Below are positions 18,498-28,429 of a stretch of DNA of 64,000 nt, piece by piece. Made by a program: the position numbers and the translations under genes. This DNA is from a virus: the IMG/VR virus record IMGVR_UViG_3300037423_000584; one strand, written 5' to 3'. The notes under the pieces were generated by a model that searched no databases, had not been told where the DNA came from, and saw only the letters and a list, made by a program, of their open reading frames with translations. Every line of letters begins with the position of its first letter. Position 1 is the stretch's first letter.

Positions 18498-20579
18498 GTT
18501 TATAGTCTACTCGATGGTTTTTCAAGTCCTAAGAAGAACGCAGAAAGAGCAAAGAAGCTAGGTATGACCGCTCTTGGTATTTCTGATCACGGAAATATCG
18601 GCGGTCATATTGAACATTGGTCAGAATGTAAGAAAGCAAAGATTAAGCCAATCCTTGGTTGTGAATTATATATTCCATCTCAATGTGCTGCTATTAAAAG
18701 TTCAGACAATCGTCATAATAATCACATGGTTGTTTGGGCGAAGAATAAGCAAGGTTGGTATGATCTAGTTAAACTTGTAAGCAGGACTAATGATCCAGAA
18801 TATTTCTATTATAAACCTCGCATTAGTTTGTTTAATACAGAAATAGAAGGGAAAATGCATGAAGGTTTAGAGTCTTTCTTGACCGGAAACATCATGGGTT
18901 TTTCTGGCCACCAAGGAAGTATTCTTGCAGATAGCCTATTTTGTGATCTTTTTGGTGACAATAAGAAGCGTTCAGAAGATATTAAGAAGGCTTATGGTCA
19001 GTATAAGAATAAGGATATTGAATTCTATAAGCAATTCTTAAAGCCAAACTGGCTAGAATCTACATCAGAATTAGCTTTAAAGCTTCAAAAGATGTTCGGT
19101 AAGGATAACTTCTTCATTGAGCTACAAGATGAATTAAATCCTAATGATAAGCTAGCCCTGTGGATTCATCCTTTGATCGTATCTTGTTTAAGACAGGTTT
19201 CAAAGGCCACTGGTATTCCTGCAATGACCTCATCAGATCCGCATTATGCAAATCCAGAGGATGCGGACGATCAACGTATCATGGTTTCTGTTAATATGAA
19301 AGAAACCGAAGAGAGTATTCAAAGAAAGCTTTCTGACGATCAAGAAAGCGATATCATGGTATTCTTTGGTTCTAATAACTTCTATATTCATAGCTATGAT
19401 GAAATCAAAGATAAGTTTACTCAAGAAGAATTAGAAATGACCAATAAGGTCGCCGCCATGGTTGAGGAATATGATATTAGTGCCAAACCAAGTATTCCTA
19501 AGTTTGATATCCCTAATCTTCCTGATCTTCCATTCCTAAGAAAAATAGAAAACCCTTCTGATAAGTATCTTATGTATCTATGTGTAGAAGGTGCTAAGAA
19601 GTTTGAACCTTGGACAAAGAGTGATAAATATAAGCGTGAAGACTATTGGAATAGACTCAATGAGGAATTTAAGGTCATTATAGAAGCAGGATTGTCTGAT
19701 TATTTCTTGATTGTTTGGGATTTTTGCATGGCTGCTGATAATAGACCAGCAGATCATTCATTCGATTGGCGTAAGAATCTAGAATTAGGCGGTAAAACAG
19801 ATCCAATTCCTCGCGGAGTAGGAAGAGGTTCTGCTGCTGGATGTCTTATTTCTTATCTTGTTTCGATTACAGGAATTGATCCTATTCTTTATAATCTTAT
19901 TTTCTCTCGCTTTTATAACAAGGGTAGAAATACAGCAGATCACATTGAGTTGCCAGATATCGATTCTGACTTTGCAGTAGAAGATAGAGAGTGGATTATT
20001 AAGTATATTGAAAATAAGTATGGTCAAGAAAATGTGGCACAGATTATTACATTCCAAAGAATGCAAGGTCGTGCTGCTATTAAGGATGTTTTTAGAGTAA
20101 AGGGTATTAAGGGCGGTTTTGAACTCTCTAATGAAATATGTAAGTATATTCCAAATGAAGCAGAAGTTGCTGATGAATTACAGGAAATTAGAGATTCTGG
20201 CCATCCTGATTATGGATTGATTAAATATTCTATTGATAATTCTGATGAAATTCAAAAGTTCATTAAGGATGAAAAGATTAAAGGCGTCTTAGATCAAGCA
20301 ATACGATGCGAGGGTGTCAAGAGAGGTCAAGGTCGTCACCCATCTGGAATCATAGTAACACCAAAGCCTGTAAAGGACCATTTTCCAATGGTTTATGATA
20401 CTAGATCAAAGCAAAAAATCATTGGTGTCGATATGAATAATGCCGCCAAGTTGGGTGGAGTAAAAATTGACCTACTAGGCACAGCGATATTAGATAAATT
20501 AAAAATGACACAAGATCTAGTAAATAAGGTAAAGCCTCGACGTAATAGAGTCGATCATTACCAAGAGGAAATAGAATAA
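18454..20579 (+). CDS. dnaE: DNA polymerase III alpha, N-terminal subunit (PHP, palm, thumb); requires skipping 18487-18494
   Basis: GTG-MDNNYIIFHCH joins SVYSLLDG...ISDHG, GCE, SDPHY, GRGSAAG, PDIDSDF, KIDLLG; about 705 aa when joined. Confidence 0.9.
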
Positions 20580-20581
20580 CT

Positions 20582-22237
20582 ATGTATGATACAACAGAAT
20601 CAATAGAAATGCTTCTTAATGAGAAGCATCCAATTAATAGGCTTAAATCAGATACAGAACTTTATAAAGTACCAGAATCTGGAAACTATAACTTTAAAGA
20701 TACACCACTAAACGATCCTAGAGTATGGAGATTGTTCGCTAAAGGGAATACTAGGGGGGTCTTCCAATTAGAAAAACAACTAGGACAAGATTGGTCTAGA
20801 AAGTGTCGTCCAGAAAATATAGAACATCTTGCGGCTCTTGTGTCGATTCTACGTCCAGGTCCATTAGAATCTGGATTCGCTGAGTCTTATTGTAAGAGAA
20901 AGAATGGCCAAGAAGAAATAGTATATCTACATTATTCTCTTGAACCTATTCTTAAAGACACATTCGGTTGTTTAATCTACCAAGAACAAGCAATGCGTAT
21001 TGCTGTTGATATTGCTGGTTTTAACGAAGTACAAGCTGATAACCTAAGAAAAGCAATTGGTAAAAAGAAACCAGAGGAAATGGTTAAAGTCAAGAAGATG
21101 TTTCTTGAAGGTGCCAAGGACAAAAAGCTAGTTAATGAGAAAGAAGCAGAAGAGATCTTCGGTTGGATTGAGAAGTCTGTTAGATATTCGTTTAATAAGT
21201 CTCACGCTGTTTCTTATGCAATGATCGCATATCTTTCAGCTTATCAAAAGACACACTTTCCAACAGAATTCTATTGCTCTTGGCTTACCTATTCTGATTG
21301 GAAGCCTAATCCAAAGGAAGAGATTTACGAATTAGTTCAAAATGCTCGTCTAGATGGTATTAAGGTTAATCCACCAGATATCAGAAGAAAGAATATTGAT
21401 TTCGAAATCATTGGAGAAAAAGAGATAGCTTTCGGTCTGTCTCACATTAGAGGCGTTGGTGCTTCTGCTATTGAGAATATTAGTAATATTAAAAATATAG
21501 ATACATTTGTTGGTTTCCTTAAGTCAGTTAAAAAACTAAAGAGAAATGTTGCTGAAAGCTTAATCAAATCTGGTGCATGTGATTGCTATGGCATGAGTAG
21601 AGCGATGATGCTTCAAAGAATATATGTTATCTTTGGAAGAAATGAGAAAGACACAGAGAATCAAGCACCAGAAGTAAAGTCATTAACACCAAATGAATAT
21701 GAATATGTAATGTCTAAGATTGATAAGCAAACTATTCAAGAATGCTTACAAGGTGTTATTGATAATAAAGTATGTGTTAAAAAACGTATCCCAACTATTG
21801 AATCTAAGATTACTTATATTAATAAGGTTCAAGCTGATACTAATAAGATTAAGTCAATTTGGGAAAAGCTCTACTTAGGTCTTAATTTAACTTGTTCCGC
21901 TGCTGATGACGTAAGTAAGATGGAAAACAATATTACTTCTTGCAGAGATGCTCATAAAAAGAACCATAAAGACAAAGTAACTATGCATGTAGTTATTGAT
22001 GATATTCGTCTTAGAAAGACCTCTGAGAAGGCTAAAAATCCCGGACAAGAATTTGCTTATTTAAATATTAGTGACAATAGTGGTGCTTTGCAAAACGTCG
22101 TATGCTGGCCTGAAACTTGGGACAAGGCTAAAAACGATGGTTTAACACAAGATTGTGTTGTCTGTTTATATGGATATAAAGATTGTTACAATGGTCGTGA
22201 ACAAGTAGTAGCAAGCGATATAGTGGTAATTGGCTAG
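20582..22237 (+). CDS. dnaE: DNA polymerase III alpha, C-terminal subunit (fingers, HhH, OB fold)
   Basis: GVFQLE, LRPGPL, YQEQAM, LRKAIGKK, YSFNKSHAVSY, FGLSHIRGVG, C-terminal OB fold. Confidence 0.93.
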   Translation: MYDTTESIEMLLNEKHPINRLKSDTELYKVPESGNYNFKDTPLNDPRVWRLFAKGNTRGVFQLEKQLGQDWSRKCRPENIEHLAALVSILRPGPLESGFAESYCKRKNGQEEIVYLHYSLEPILKDTFGCLIYQEQAMRIAVDIAGFNEVQADNLRKAIGKKKPEEMVKVKKMFLEGAKDKKLVNEKEAEEIFGWIEKSVRYSFNKSHAVSYAMIAYLSAYQKTHFPTEFYCSWLTYSDWKPNPKEEIYELVQNARLDGIKVNPPDIRRKNIDFEIIGEKEIAFGLSHIRGVGASAIENISNIKNIDTFVGFLKSVKKLKRNVAESLIKSGACDCYGMSRAMMLQRIYVIFGRNEKDTENQAPEVKSLTPNEYEYVMSKIDKQTIQECLQGVIDNKVCVKKRIPTIESKITYINKVQADTNKIKSIWEKLYLGLNLTCSAADDVSKMENNITSCRDAHKKNHKDKVTMHVVIDDIRLRKTSEKAKNPGQEFAYLNISDNSGALQNVVCWPETWDKAKNDGLTQDCVVCLYGYKDCYNGREQVVASDIVVIG

Positions 22238-22247
22238 GAAATAATAA

Positions 22248-22643
22248 ATGATTATAGCTATTGATTTTGATGGTACAATTGTAGAACATAATTATCCAGA
22301 TATAGGTCGTCCTGTTATTGGTGCTATAGAATACATAAAACAATTCCAAAATCTTGGTGCCAAAATTATTCTATGGACTATGAGAAGCGATAATGACGAT
22401 GGACCAACTTTAAGTTCTGCTGTTAATTATTGCTTAAGCAAGGGAATAGAATTATATGGTATAAATAGCAATCCAACTCAAAACGAATGGACGTCTTCTC
22501 CAAAAGCATATGCTAATATTTATATCGATGATGCTGCCATAGGATGTCCATTAAGAGAATCGGCAAGCTATGGAGCTAGGCCATATGTTGATTGGGATAT
22601 TGTTGGTCCAATGGTTATAAAACTACTAAAGGGAAATAAATGA
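22248..22643 (+). CDS. HAD-like phosphatase (short phage type)
   Basis: IAIDFDGTIV, ILWTMR, YIDD. Confidence 0.85.
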   Translation: MIIAIDFDGTIVEHNYPDIGRPVIGAIEYIKQFQNLGAKIILWTMRSDNDDGPTLSSAVNYCLSKGIELYGINSNPTQNEWTSSPKAYANIYIDDAAIGCPLRESASYGARPYVDWDIVGPMVIKLLKGNK

Positions 22644-23095
22644 TAAAATTCGTCGATGGCAATTTATTTGATTACAAAGGTGATATTTTAATAAATACGG
22701 TCAATGTAGTTGGTGTAATGGGCAAAGGAATAGCTTTGGAGTTTAAAAAGCGATTTCCTGCAATGTTCAGAGATTATAAAGAACAATGTCTAAATAAAGA
22801 ACTAGAATCGGGCCATATTTATCCTTGGCACCATAATACAGGATTGATAATTAATTTTGCTACAAAAGATCATTGGAAAGATCCATCTAAATATGAATGG
22901 ATAGAATCTGGTCTAAAAGAGCTTAAAAATTATTTAGATAATTTAGATTTTACTTGTACTGTATTAATACCTGCACTCGGTTGTTCGAATGGTGGTTTAG
23001 ATTTTGATATAGTTAAAGTGATGATAAACAAATATCTGAGTGATTCTAAACAAAATATTATAGTATTTAATCCAAATACAGAAAGGCAAAAATGA
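22640..23095 (+). CDS. Macrodomain ADP-ribosylhydrolase (DarG/Poa1p-like)
   Basis: GNLF, NTVNVVGVMGKGIALEFK, INFATKDHW, PALGCSNGGL. Confidence 0.9.
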   Translation: MIKFVDGNLFDYKGDILINTVNVVGVMGKGIALEFKKRFPAMFRDYKEQCLNKELESGHIYPWHHNTGLIINFATKDHWKDPSKYEWIESGLKELKNYLDNLDFTCTVLIPALGCSNGGLDFDIVKVMINKYLSDSKQNIIVFNPNTERQK

Positions 23096-23301
23096 GTAAA
23101 GAATTAATTGATTATACTATACAGTTAGTTAAAGATGCCCTTGGTAGTCATTTATTCAATTATAATGTTGAAAGCCAAGTGAGAGAAAAGGCTTATGCTA
23201 AATTTGAAGAGCTTTTGAAAAATCAATCGAGTAAAGACGATAATTCAACACAACAAGTAAATTCAAATGCACTTCCAAAAGGAAAGAATAAGCAAAAATG
23301 A
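23092..23301 (+). CDS. Hypothetical protein
   Basis: ATGA overlaps on both sides. Confidence 0.55.
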   Translation: MSKELIDYTIQLVKDALGSHLFNYNVESQVREKAYAKFEELLKNQSSKDDNSTQQVNSNALPKGKNKQK

Positions 23302-24959
23302 ATAGAAAAAAGAGAATATTATGGGTATCAGAAGCCAGTTTTTTAAACACTGGCTTCTCTGTTTTAAGCTATGAGATCCTTAAGAGACTGTATGATACTG
23401 GAAAATACGAGATATTAGAACTCGGTAGTTATGCTAAGTCTAGTGATCAAAGGGCTTTAAATATACCTTGGAACTTTGCTGGTGCTATTCCAGAAGACAA
23501 TGATACTTTTGGTAAGCAATTATATAATTCTTCTGTTTATGGTCAATTCGGTGAAGCGGTATTTGATAAGGTATGCTTAAAATTTAAGCCAGATATCGTT
23601 ATTGATTCTAGAGATCGCTGGATGTCTAGTGAATGGCAATTGATGAGCCCATTCAGGAAGTATTTTAAGTATATTATTATGCCAACTGTTGATGGTGAGC
23701 CGCAACGATCAGCTTGGCTCGATGATTATCAACGTGCCGATCTTGTACTTACTTATAGTCGTTATGGTAAGGAAGTATTAGAAAGAGAAGCATCTGGCAA
23801 GGTAGATGTATTTGATATTGTTCGTCCTGGTGTTAATCAAGATATTTATAAACCCTTAGATAAGAACAAGATACGTAAACATTTTGGTATTGATGCTAAT
23901 TCTAATATCATAATGACAGTAATGAGAAATCAAAAGCGTAAGCTTTATCCTGATCTTATTGAAATGTTTAAGGGATATCTAGAACACTGTAAGAGCAATG
24001 GCAGAGAAGATCTAGTAAAGAATACATATCTATATCTACATGCTTCTTATCCAGATGTTGGATACGATATTCCTAAGTATATTATGAAGAACAACTTGGG
24101 TCATAAAGTTCTTATGACTTATGCTTGCTCTGCATGTAAGGCATATTATCCTGCATTCTTCCAGTCAGAATTAAGCATATGCAAGAAATGTGGAAACCTT
24201 TCTGCATATCTCCCTAATACTGGAAACGGCCTTTCTAGAGAAGAATTGGCAAGTATTATGAATATTGCAGATTTGTATATTCAGTATTCTATCTGCGAAG
24301 GTCTAGGAATGCCAATTTGTGAGGCTAAGGCTTGTGGAGTACCAGCATTTGCTGTTGATTATTCAGCAATGTCTGAGCAAGTAGAGGTCGAAGGATGTGA
24401 GAAGATCAATGTTGAACGATTCTTTCATGAATCCGTAATGGAAACAGAACAACAAAGAGCCCTGCCAGATAATGAAGATTGTATCAAGAAGATATTTAAG
24501 TTCTTCAATACTAACAAGGAAACAAGAGCAAAGTGGGGCGATCTGGCTAGACAAGATGCAGCAGATAATTATTCTTTTGATAGATCTGCCAAGATATTTG
24601 AAAATGCAATAGATTCTGTTGCAATTCACGACAGTAAGGATACTTGGCTTAGTTCTAAACCTAAGTTCTTAAAACTACCAAAGATACCAGAATTTGGAAC
24701 TAACTCAGAATTAATAGATTGGTGTATCGATAATGTTCTTAAAAATCCAGATCTTAAAAAGACACAATGGAGACACGATTTAATTAAGTCTTTGAATGTT
24801 GGATATACTACTCTAAGAGGCGGAAAGGAACGATTTAATGCTGACATAGCTTTATCTATGTTTAAGGAAATGGTTGATAAAAACAACTTTTGGGAAAATA
24901 ACAGAATTAATAGTTTAACAAATAATAAGAAATCTACACTTAAATTTGAGGTAATATAA
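23298..24959 (+). CDS. GT-B (family 4) glycosyltransferase with inserted zinc finger
   Basis: TGFS, 'RNQKRK', EGLGMPICEAKACGVP; CxxC...CxxC insertion. Confidence 0.88.
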   Translation: MNRKKRILWVSEASFLNTGFSVLSYEILKRLYDTGKYEILELGSYAKSSDQRALNIPWNFAGAIPEDNDTFGKQLYNSSVYGQFGEAVFDKVCLKFKPDIVIDSRDRWMSSEWQLMSPFRKYFKYIIMPTVDGEPQRSAWLDDYQRADLVLTYSRYGKEVLEREASGKVDVFDIVRPGVNQDIYKPLDKNKIRKHFGIDANSNIIMTVMRNQKRKLYPDLIEMFKGYLEHCKSNGREDLVKNTYLYLHASYPDVGYDIPKYIMKNNLGHKVLMTYACSACKAYYPAFFQSELSICKKCGNLSAYLPNTGNGLSREELASIMNIADLYIQYSICEGLGMPICEAKACGVPAFAVDYSAMSEQVEVEGCEKINVERFFHESVMETEQQRALPDNEDCIKKIFKFFNTNKETRAKWGDLARQDAADNYSFDRSAKIFENAIDSVAIHDSKDTWLSSKPKFLKLPKIPEFGTNSELIDWCIDNVLKNPDLKKTQWRHDLIKSLNVGYTTLRGGKERFNADIALSMFKEMVDKNNFWENNRINSLTNNKKSTLKFEVI

Positions 24960-25159
24960 TGATTGGATCAGTAGCACTTTGTCGTCATAACATTGTTGGA
25001 GTTATTAATAAAATTGTAACAGATTCTAATGGAAATGTTACTCTTTATAAGGGAAAGAGCCTAGAAGGTCGTCCTTGGCAAAGTAAGTCTCCTAAGATTT
25101 TAGCAAATAGTCTAGAGGAATATAATAAGATCAATGAAGGAATTAAGACAAATGCCTAA
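24959..25159 (+). CDS. Hypothetical protein
   Basis: GAGG RBS, TAATG overlap. Confidence 0.6.
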   Translation: MIGSVALCRHNIVGVINKIVTDSNGNVTLYKGKSLEGRPWQSKSPKILANSLEEYNKINEGIKTNA

Positions 25160-26294
25160 GATTGCTTACATAAGTCCACATTTCGACGCTTCTGGTTATT
25201 CAGAAGCAGCTAGGCAAACAATATTGGCTCTCGATCAATCGGGAGCCGATGTTGTTACTAGACATATCAAGATGACTAATACGCACGGAGATGTTCCAAA
25301 TAGAATTAAAGAATTAGAGTCAAAAGATCTTAATAATGTCGATGTATTAATACAACATAACCTCCCAAGTGAATTTGTTTATAAGGGTGGAGTTCATAAT
25401 GTAGGAATGTTTGCTTATGAAACTTCATCATTTGTAAACTCAGGATGGGCTGATAATCTTGCATTGATGGATACAATCATTGTATTTGATCAATCTCAAT
25501 TAGAATCAATTGCTAATACGGACGAAAATCTTTTGGAAAAATCCTTCGTTGTACCACATCCATTAGATACGGATAAGTTCTATAAAGAATATGAAACGAT
25601 AGATTTCGGATTTCCTAAGTCTACACTAAAATTCTATACCATTTCAGAATTCAATAGACGCAAGAATTTCGGTGTATTACTAACTTCTTATCTAAATGCT
25701 TTTGCATCAGAAGATGATGTAGTTCTAATAGTTAAGGTTGGTAAAAATGATAGAGATCAAGTAAAATCAATGATTGAAGATATTAAGTCTAATCTTAATA
25801 AATTCAATGATGATAATAGATATCCCAAGGTTATTTTGATTGCCGATCACCTATCAGAAGATATGCTTTGTTCTTTGCATGTTACGGGCGATGTATTTGT
25901 ATCTGCTTCACATGGCGAAGCTTTTTGTATTCCCTTTGTCGAAGCTCTAGGTTTCGGTAAACCATGTTTAGTTCCATATCATACAGCATTTAAATCGTAT
26001 CAACCTGAATTCGATATAAATCTAATGGTTGGTTGTACGAGTGCTCCTGTTATTGGAGTATCTAATGCACCTCATGGATTATATACATCAGATGAATCTT
26101 GGTGGAATCCTCTAATAGAAGATATGACAGAGAAAATGCGTACTATCTACGATAATAAAGATAGTTATCTTAATGATAATGAACTCATAGAAGCCAGAAA
26201 GAAGTATGTCGTAGAGAATTTTTCCAGAAAAGTTATCGGAAAGCAGCTTTTAAATCTTATCGAATCAAGGATCAATAATGCAAGCAAGAAGTGA
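25152..26294 (+). CDS. GT-B (family 4) glycosyltransferase
   Basis: SGYSEAAR, RRKN, SASHGEAFCIPFVEALGFGKP. Confidence 0.9.
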   Translation: MPKIAYISPHFDASGYSEAARQTILALDQSGADVVTRHIKMTNTHGDVPNRIKELESKDLNNVDVLIQHNLPSEFVYKGGVHNVGMFAYETSSFVNSGWADNLALMDTIIVFDQSQLESIANTDENLLEKSFVVPHPLDTDKFYKEYETIDFGFPKSTLKFYTISEFNRRKNFGVLLTSYLNAFASEDDVVLIVKVGKNDRDQVKSMIEDIKSNLNKFNDDNRYPKVILIADHLSEDMLCSLHVTGDVFVSASHGEAFCIPFVEALGFGKPCLVPYHTAFKSYQPEFDINLMVGCTSAPVIGVSNAPHGLYTSDESWWNPLIEDMTEKMRTIYDNKDSYLNDNELIEARKKYVVENFSRKVIGKQLLNLIESRINNASKK

Positions 26295-27288
26295 AGTTTT
26301 TACAAGAGCAATTAATAATACTTCTGGTGCCTACAATATTTTAACAGCACCTACTCACGAAAGAACACAGAGCAATATGTCTTCTATAAAGCATACGTTC
26401 TTTCTATTCCAACATAAGAGTTTTAAGCCTTGGAATGAAAAGTACGCTAAGCTTCCTAAGAATCATGTGCTTTTAGAACTATCTGAGAATCCAATTCGTC
26501 CAGATATGAAGTTCGATATGGTCTTATCTCAGAATAGATTTGGACAAATACAAATTCTCGGTCAAGTTGCTGATAATTTAAACCTACCGCATATCAATAT
26601 TGAACATACTACTGTTCCTCCATTTTGGACAGAAAAGCAATTAAAACAGTATACTGCTCCCAAGGTAGACCTTTATATCTTTATTACTAAGACGTCTTGT
26701 AAAGCTTGGGGATTTGATCCAGATGATGATAATGTTGAAATATTACATCATGGTATCCCAGTAGATGTTTTTACCCTAGGTGATGTACAAAAGCTTGATG
26801 GTAAGGTACTTACAGTCCAAAACGATTTCATCAACAGAAATTGGTGTTTGAACTTTGAACTATATCAAAAGCTTACGGACGGATTACCTACAAATCCTGT
26901 CGGAGATACTCCGGGGTTTAGTAAAGGTGCTGATCTTCCAGAATTAATTGAAAAATATCATAATGCTTCTGTATTCTTAAATACCACAAACTATTCACCA
27001 TTGCCACATGCTCTTCTTGAAGCAGCGGCTTGTGGATGTCCAATAGTAACTACTGATACTTGGTCTATTGGTGAATTAATACAAGATGGCGTAAATGGGT
27101 TTATTAGTAACGACGAGGCTTATCTAAGAGATAGATTAGAATGGTGTTTAAATAATCCAGAAGAAGCTAAAGAACTTGGAAAGAAAGCACGTCAGACTGT
27201 TATCGAAAAATTCTCTATGGAAAATCACATTAAAAAGCTAAATTCAATATTCGATAAGGTATACGGTAAAACACATAATATAGGATAA
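26278..27288 (+). CDS. GT-B (family 4) glycosyltransferase
   Basis: HHGI, VFLNT, PHALLEAAACGCPIVTT, IQDGVNGF. Confidence 0.9.
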   Translation: MQARSEVFTRAINNTSGAYNILTAPTHERTQSNMSSIKHTFFLFQHKSFKPWNEKYAKLPKNHVLLELSENPIRPDMKFDMVLSQNRFGQIQILGQVADNLNLPHINIEHTTVPPFWTEKQLKQYTAPKVDLYIFITKTSCKAWGFDPDDDNVEILHHGIPVDVFTLGDVQKLDGKVLTVQNDFINRNWCLNFELYQKLTDGLPTNPVGDTPGFSKGADLPELIEKYHNASVFLNTTNYSPLPHALLEAAACGCPIVTTDTWSIGELIQDGVNGFISNDEAYLRDRLEWCLNNPEEAKELGKKARQTVIEKFSMENHIKKLNSIFDKVYGKTHNIG

Positions 27289-27291
27289 ATA

Positions 27292-27771
27292 ATGAAACTA
27301 AATTTACAATGTGGAACTAATCTTAGGAATGGATGGATTAATGTCAATTCTCATCCTATTAACATTGAACAAACAACAGAGGAGGTTAAGTTTCATATAG
27401 GAGACTATAGAAATCTTGACAGTCTGGTAGAAGATAACTCGGTTGAGGAAATTGTATTTTCTCAGCCAATGAATGTTGTTAAAGCCAATGAAGTTATACC
27501 AATCCTATCTAATTGGCGTAAGAAACTAAAGATATCTAGTAAGTTAACCATATCTATTTTCGACACACGAAGGGTCGCAAGAGCCCTTTATATGTCGGAT
27601 ATAAGTCTCGCAGATGCACATATATATCTACTTGGTGCTAATAATGAATTCCAATCAATAGTAGATACCAATATAGAAAGAACTGTTCTTGAACAGTGCG
27701 GTTTTGTTATTGATTCTATTAATATCGACGGTCTAATTTCAACCATAACATCAGTAAAATCAAATGCTTAA
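27292..27771 (+). CDS. Divergent class I methyltransferase-like protein
   Basis: MKLNLQCG...GWINVN (canonical LNLGCG...GWINxD), DNSVEEI. Confidence 0.65.
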   Translation: MKLNLQCGTNLRNGWINVNSHPINIEQTTEEVKFHIGDYRNLDSLVEDNSVEEIVFSQPMNVVKANEVIPILSNWRKKLKISSKLTISIFDTRRVARALYMSDISLADAHIYLLGANNEFQSIVDTNIERTVLEQCGFVIDSINIDGLISTITSVKSNA

Positions 27772-28429
27772 GACATCTTGTAATAATTGTATTTTCCTAG
27801 AAAATACCAAGTGTAAATTAGATAAAGAAACTGTATTATATGATAGATTAGTAGTTACAGAAGGTTTCTGTAATCAAAAAAGGCCGGAAACTTGGCTTAA
27901 AAAGAATAATGACCAAGTACGACCTATCTTGGATAAAATAAACCAAGATGAAAATAATATATCTAGTATAATAATTTGCAAGAATAAAGATAAATCAAGC
28001 ATAATCAAAACTATAAAATCCTGTTTAAAATCACCACACATTAAACAGATAGTATTATCTGGATATTGTTTGGAAATCAATCTTATTAAAGAATTGATTA
28101 CTTTCTTGTCTGACAAAGGCATTAAGTGGTCAATAGATAATAATTTAGAAGATTTCCAAGATGATATATACTATATCGACGGTGGAGTAAGTAAATCCAC
28201 AGAAGAATGGTGTGTGGTTTTAGATGCTGGTGATGAAGTAAGCGTTGATTCCATGTCTTTATTAAAACAAGGTATAAATACCAAGAATATTATAATGAGC
28301 TATATTGATAATAAAATAGCTTTTAATAGATTTGCATTTTTAGAGATGGAAGGAAATCTAGAAATGCCTTGGATAGATAAACTTAAAACATTTAGCAATT
28401 GGGAAAATTCATGTCTGATTATAAAATAG
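27764..28429 (+). CDS. Hypothetical protein with Cys-rich N-terminus and degenerate GT2-like domain
   Basis: CNNC..C..C; 'TIKSCL', 'WCVVLDAGD'. Confidence 0.45.
   Translation: MLKTSCNNCIFLENTKCKLDKETVLYDRLVVTEGFCNQKRPETWLKKNNDQVRPILDKINQDENNISSIIICKNKDKSSIIKTIKSCLKSPHIKQIVLSGYCLEINLIKELITFLSDKGIKWSIDNNLEDFQDDIYYIDGGVSKSTEEWCVVLDAGDEVSVDSMSLLKQGINTKNIIMSYIDNKIAFNRFAFLEMEGNLEMPWIDKLKTFSNWENSCLIIK

Noticed and set aside
18564-18566. ATG 18564 as the true dnaE start
   Set aside because: It lies inside the PHP domain, omits the HxH and YSLLDG motifs encoded upstream, and has no good SD.
20500-20700. Split intein joining the two DnaE halves
   Set aside because: No intein block A start and no terminal HN/C motif at the junction.
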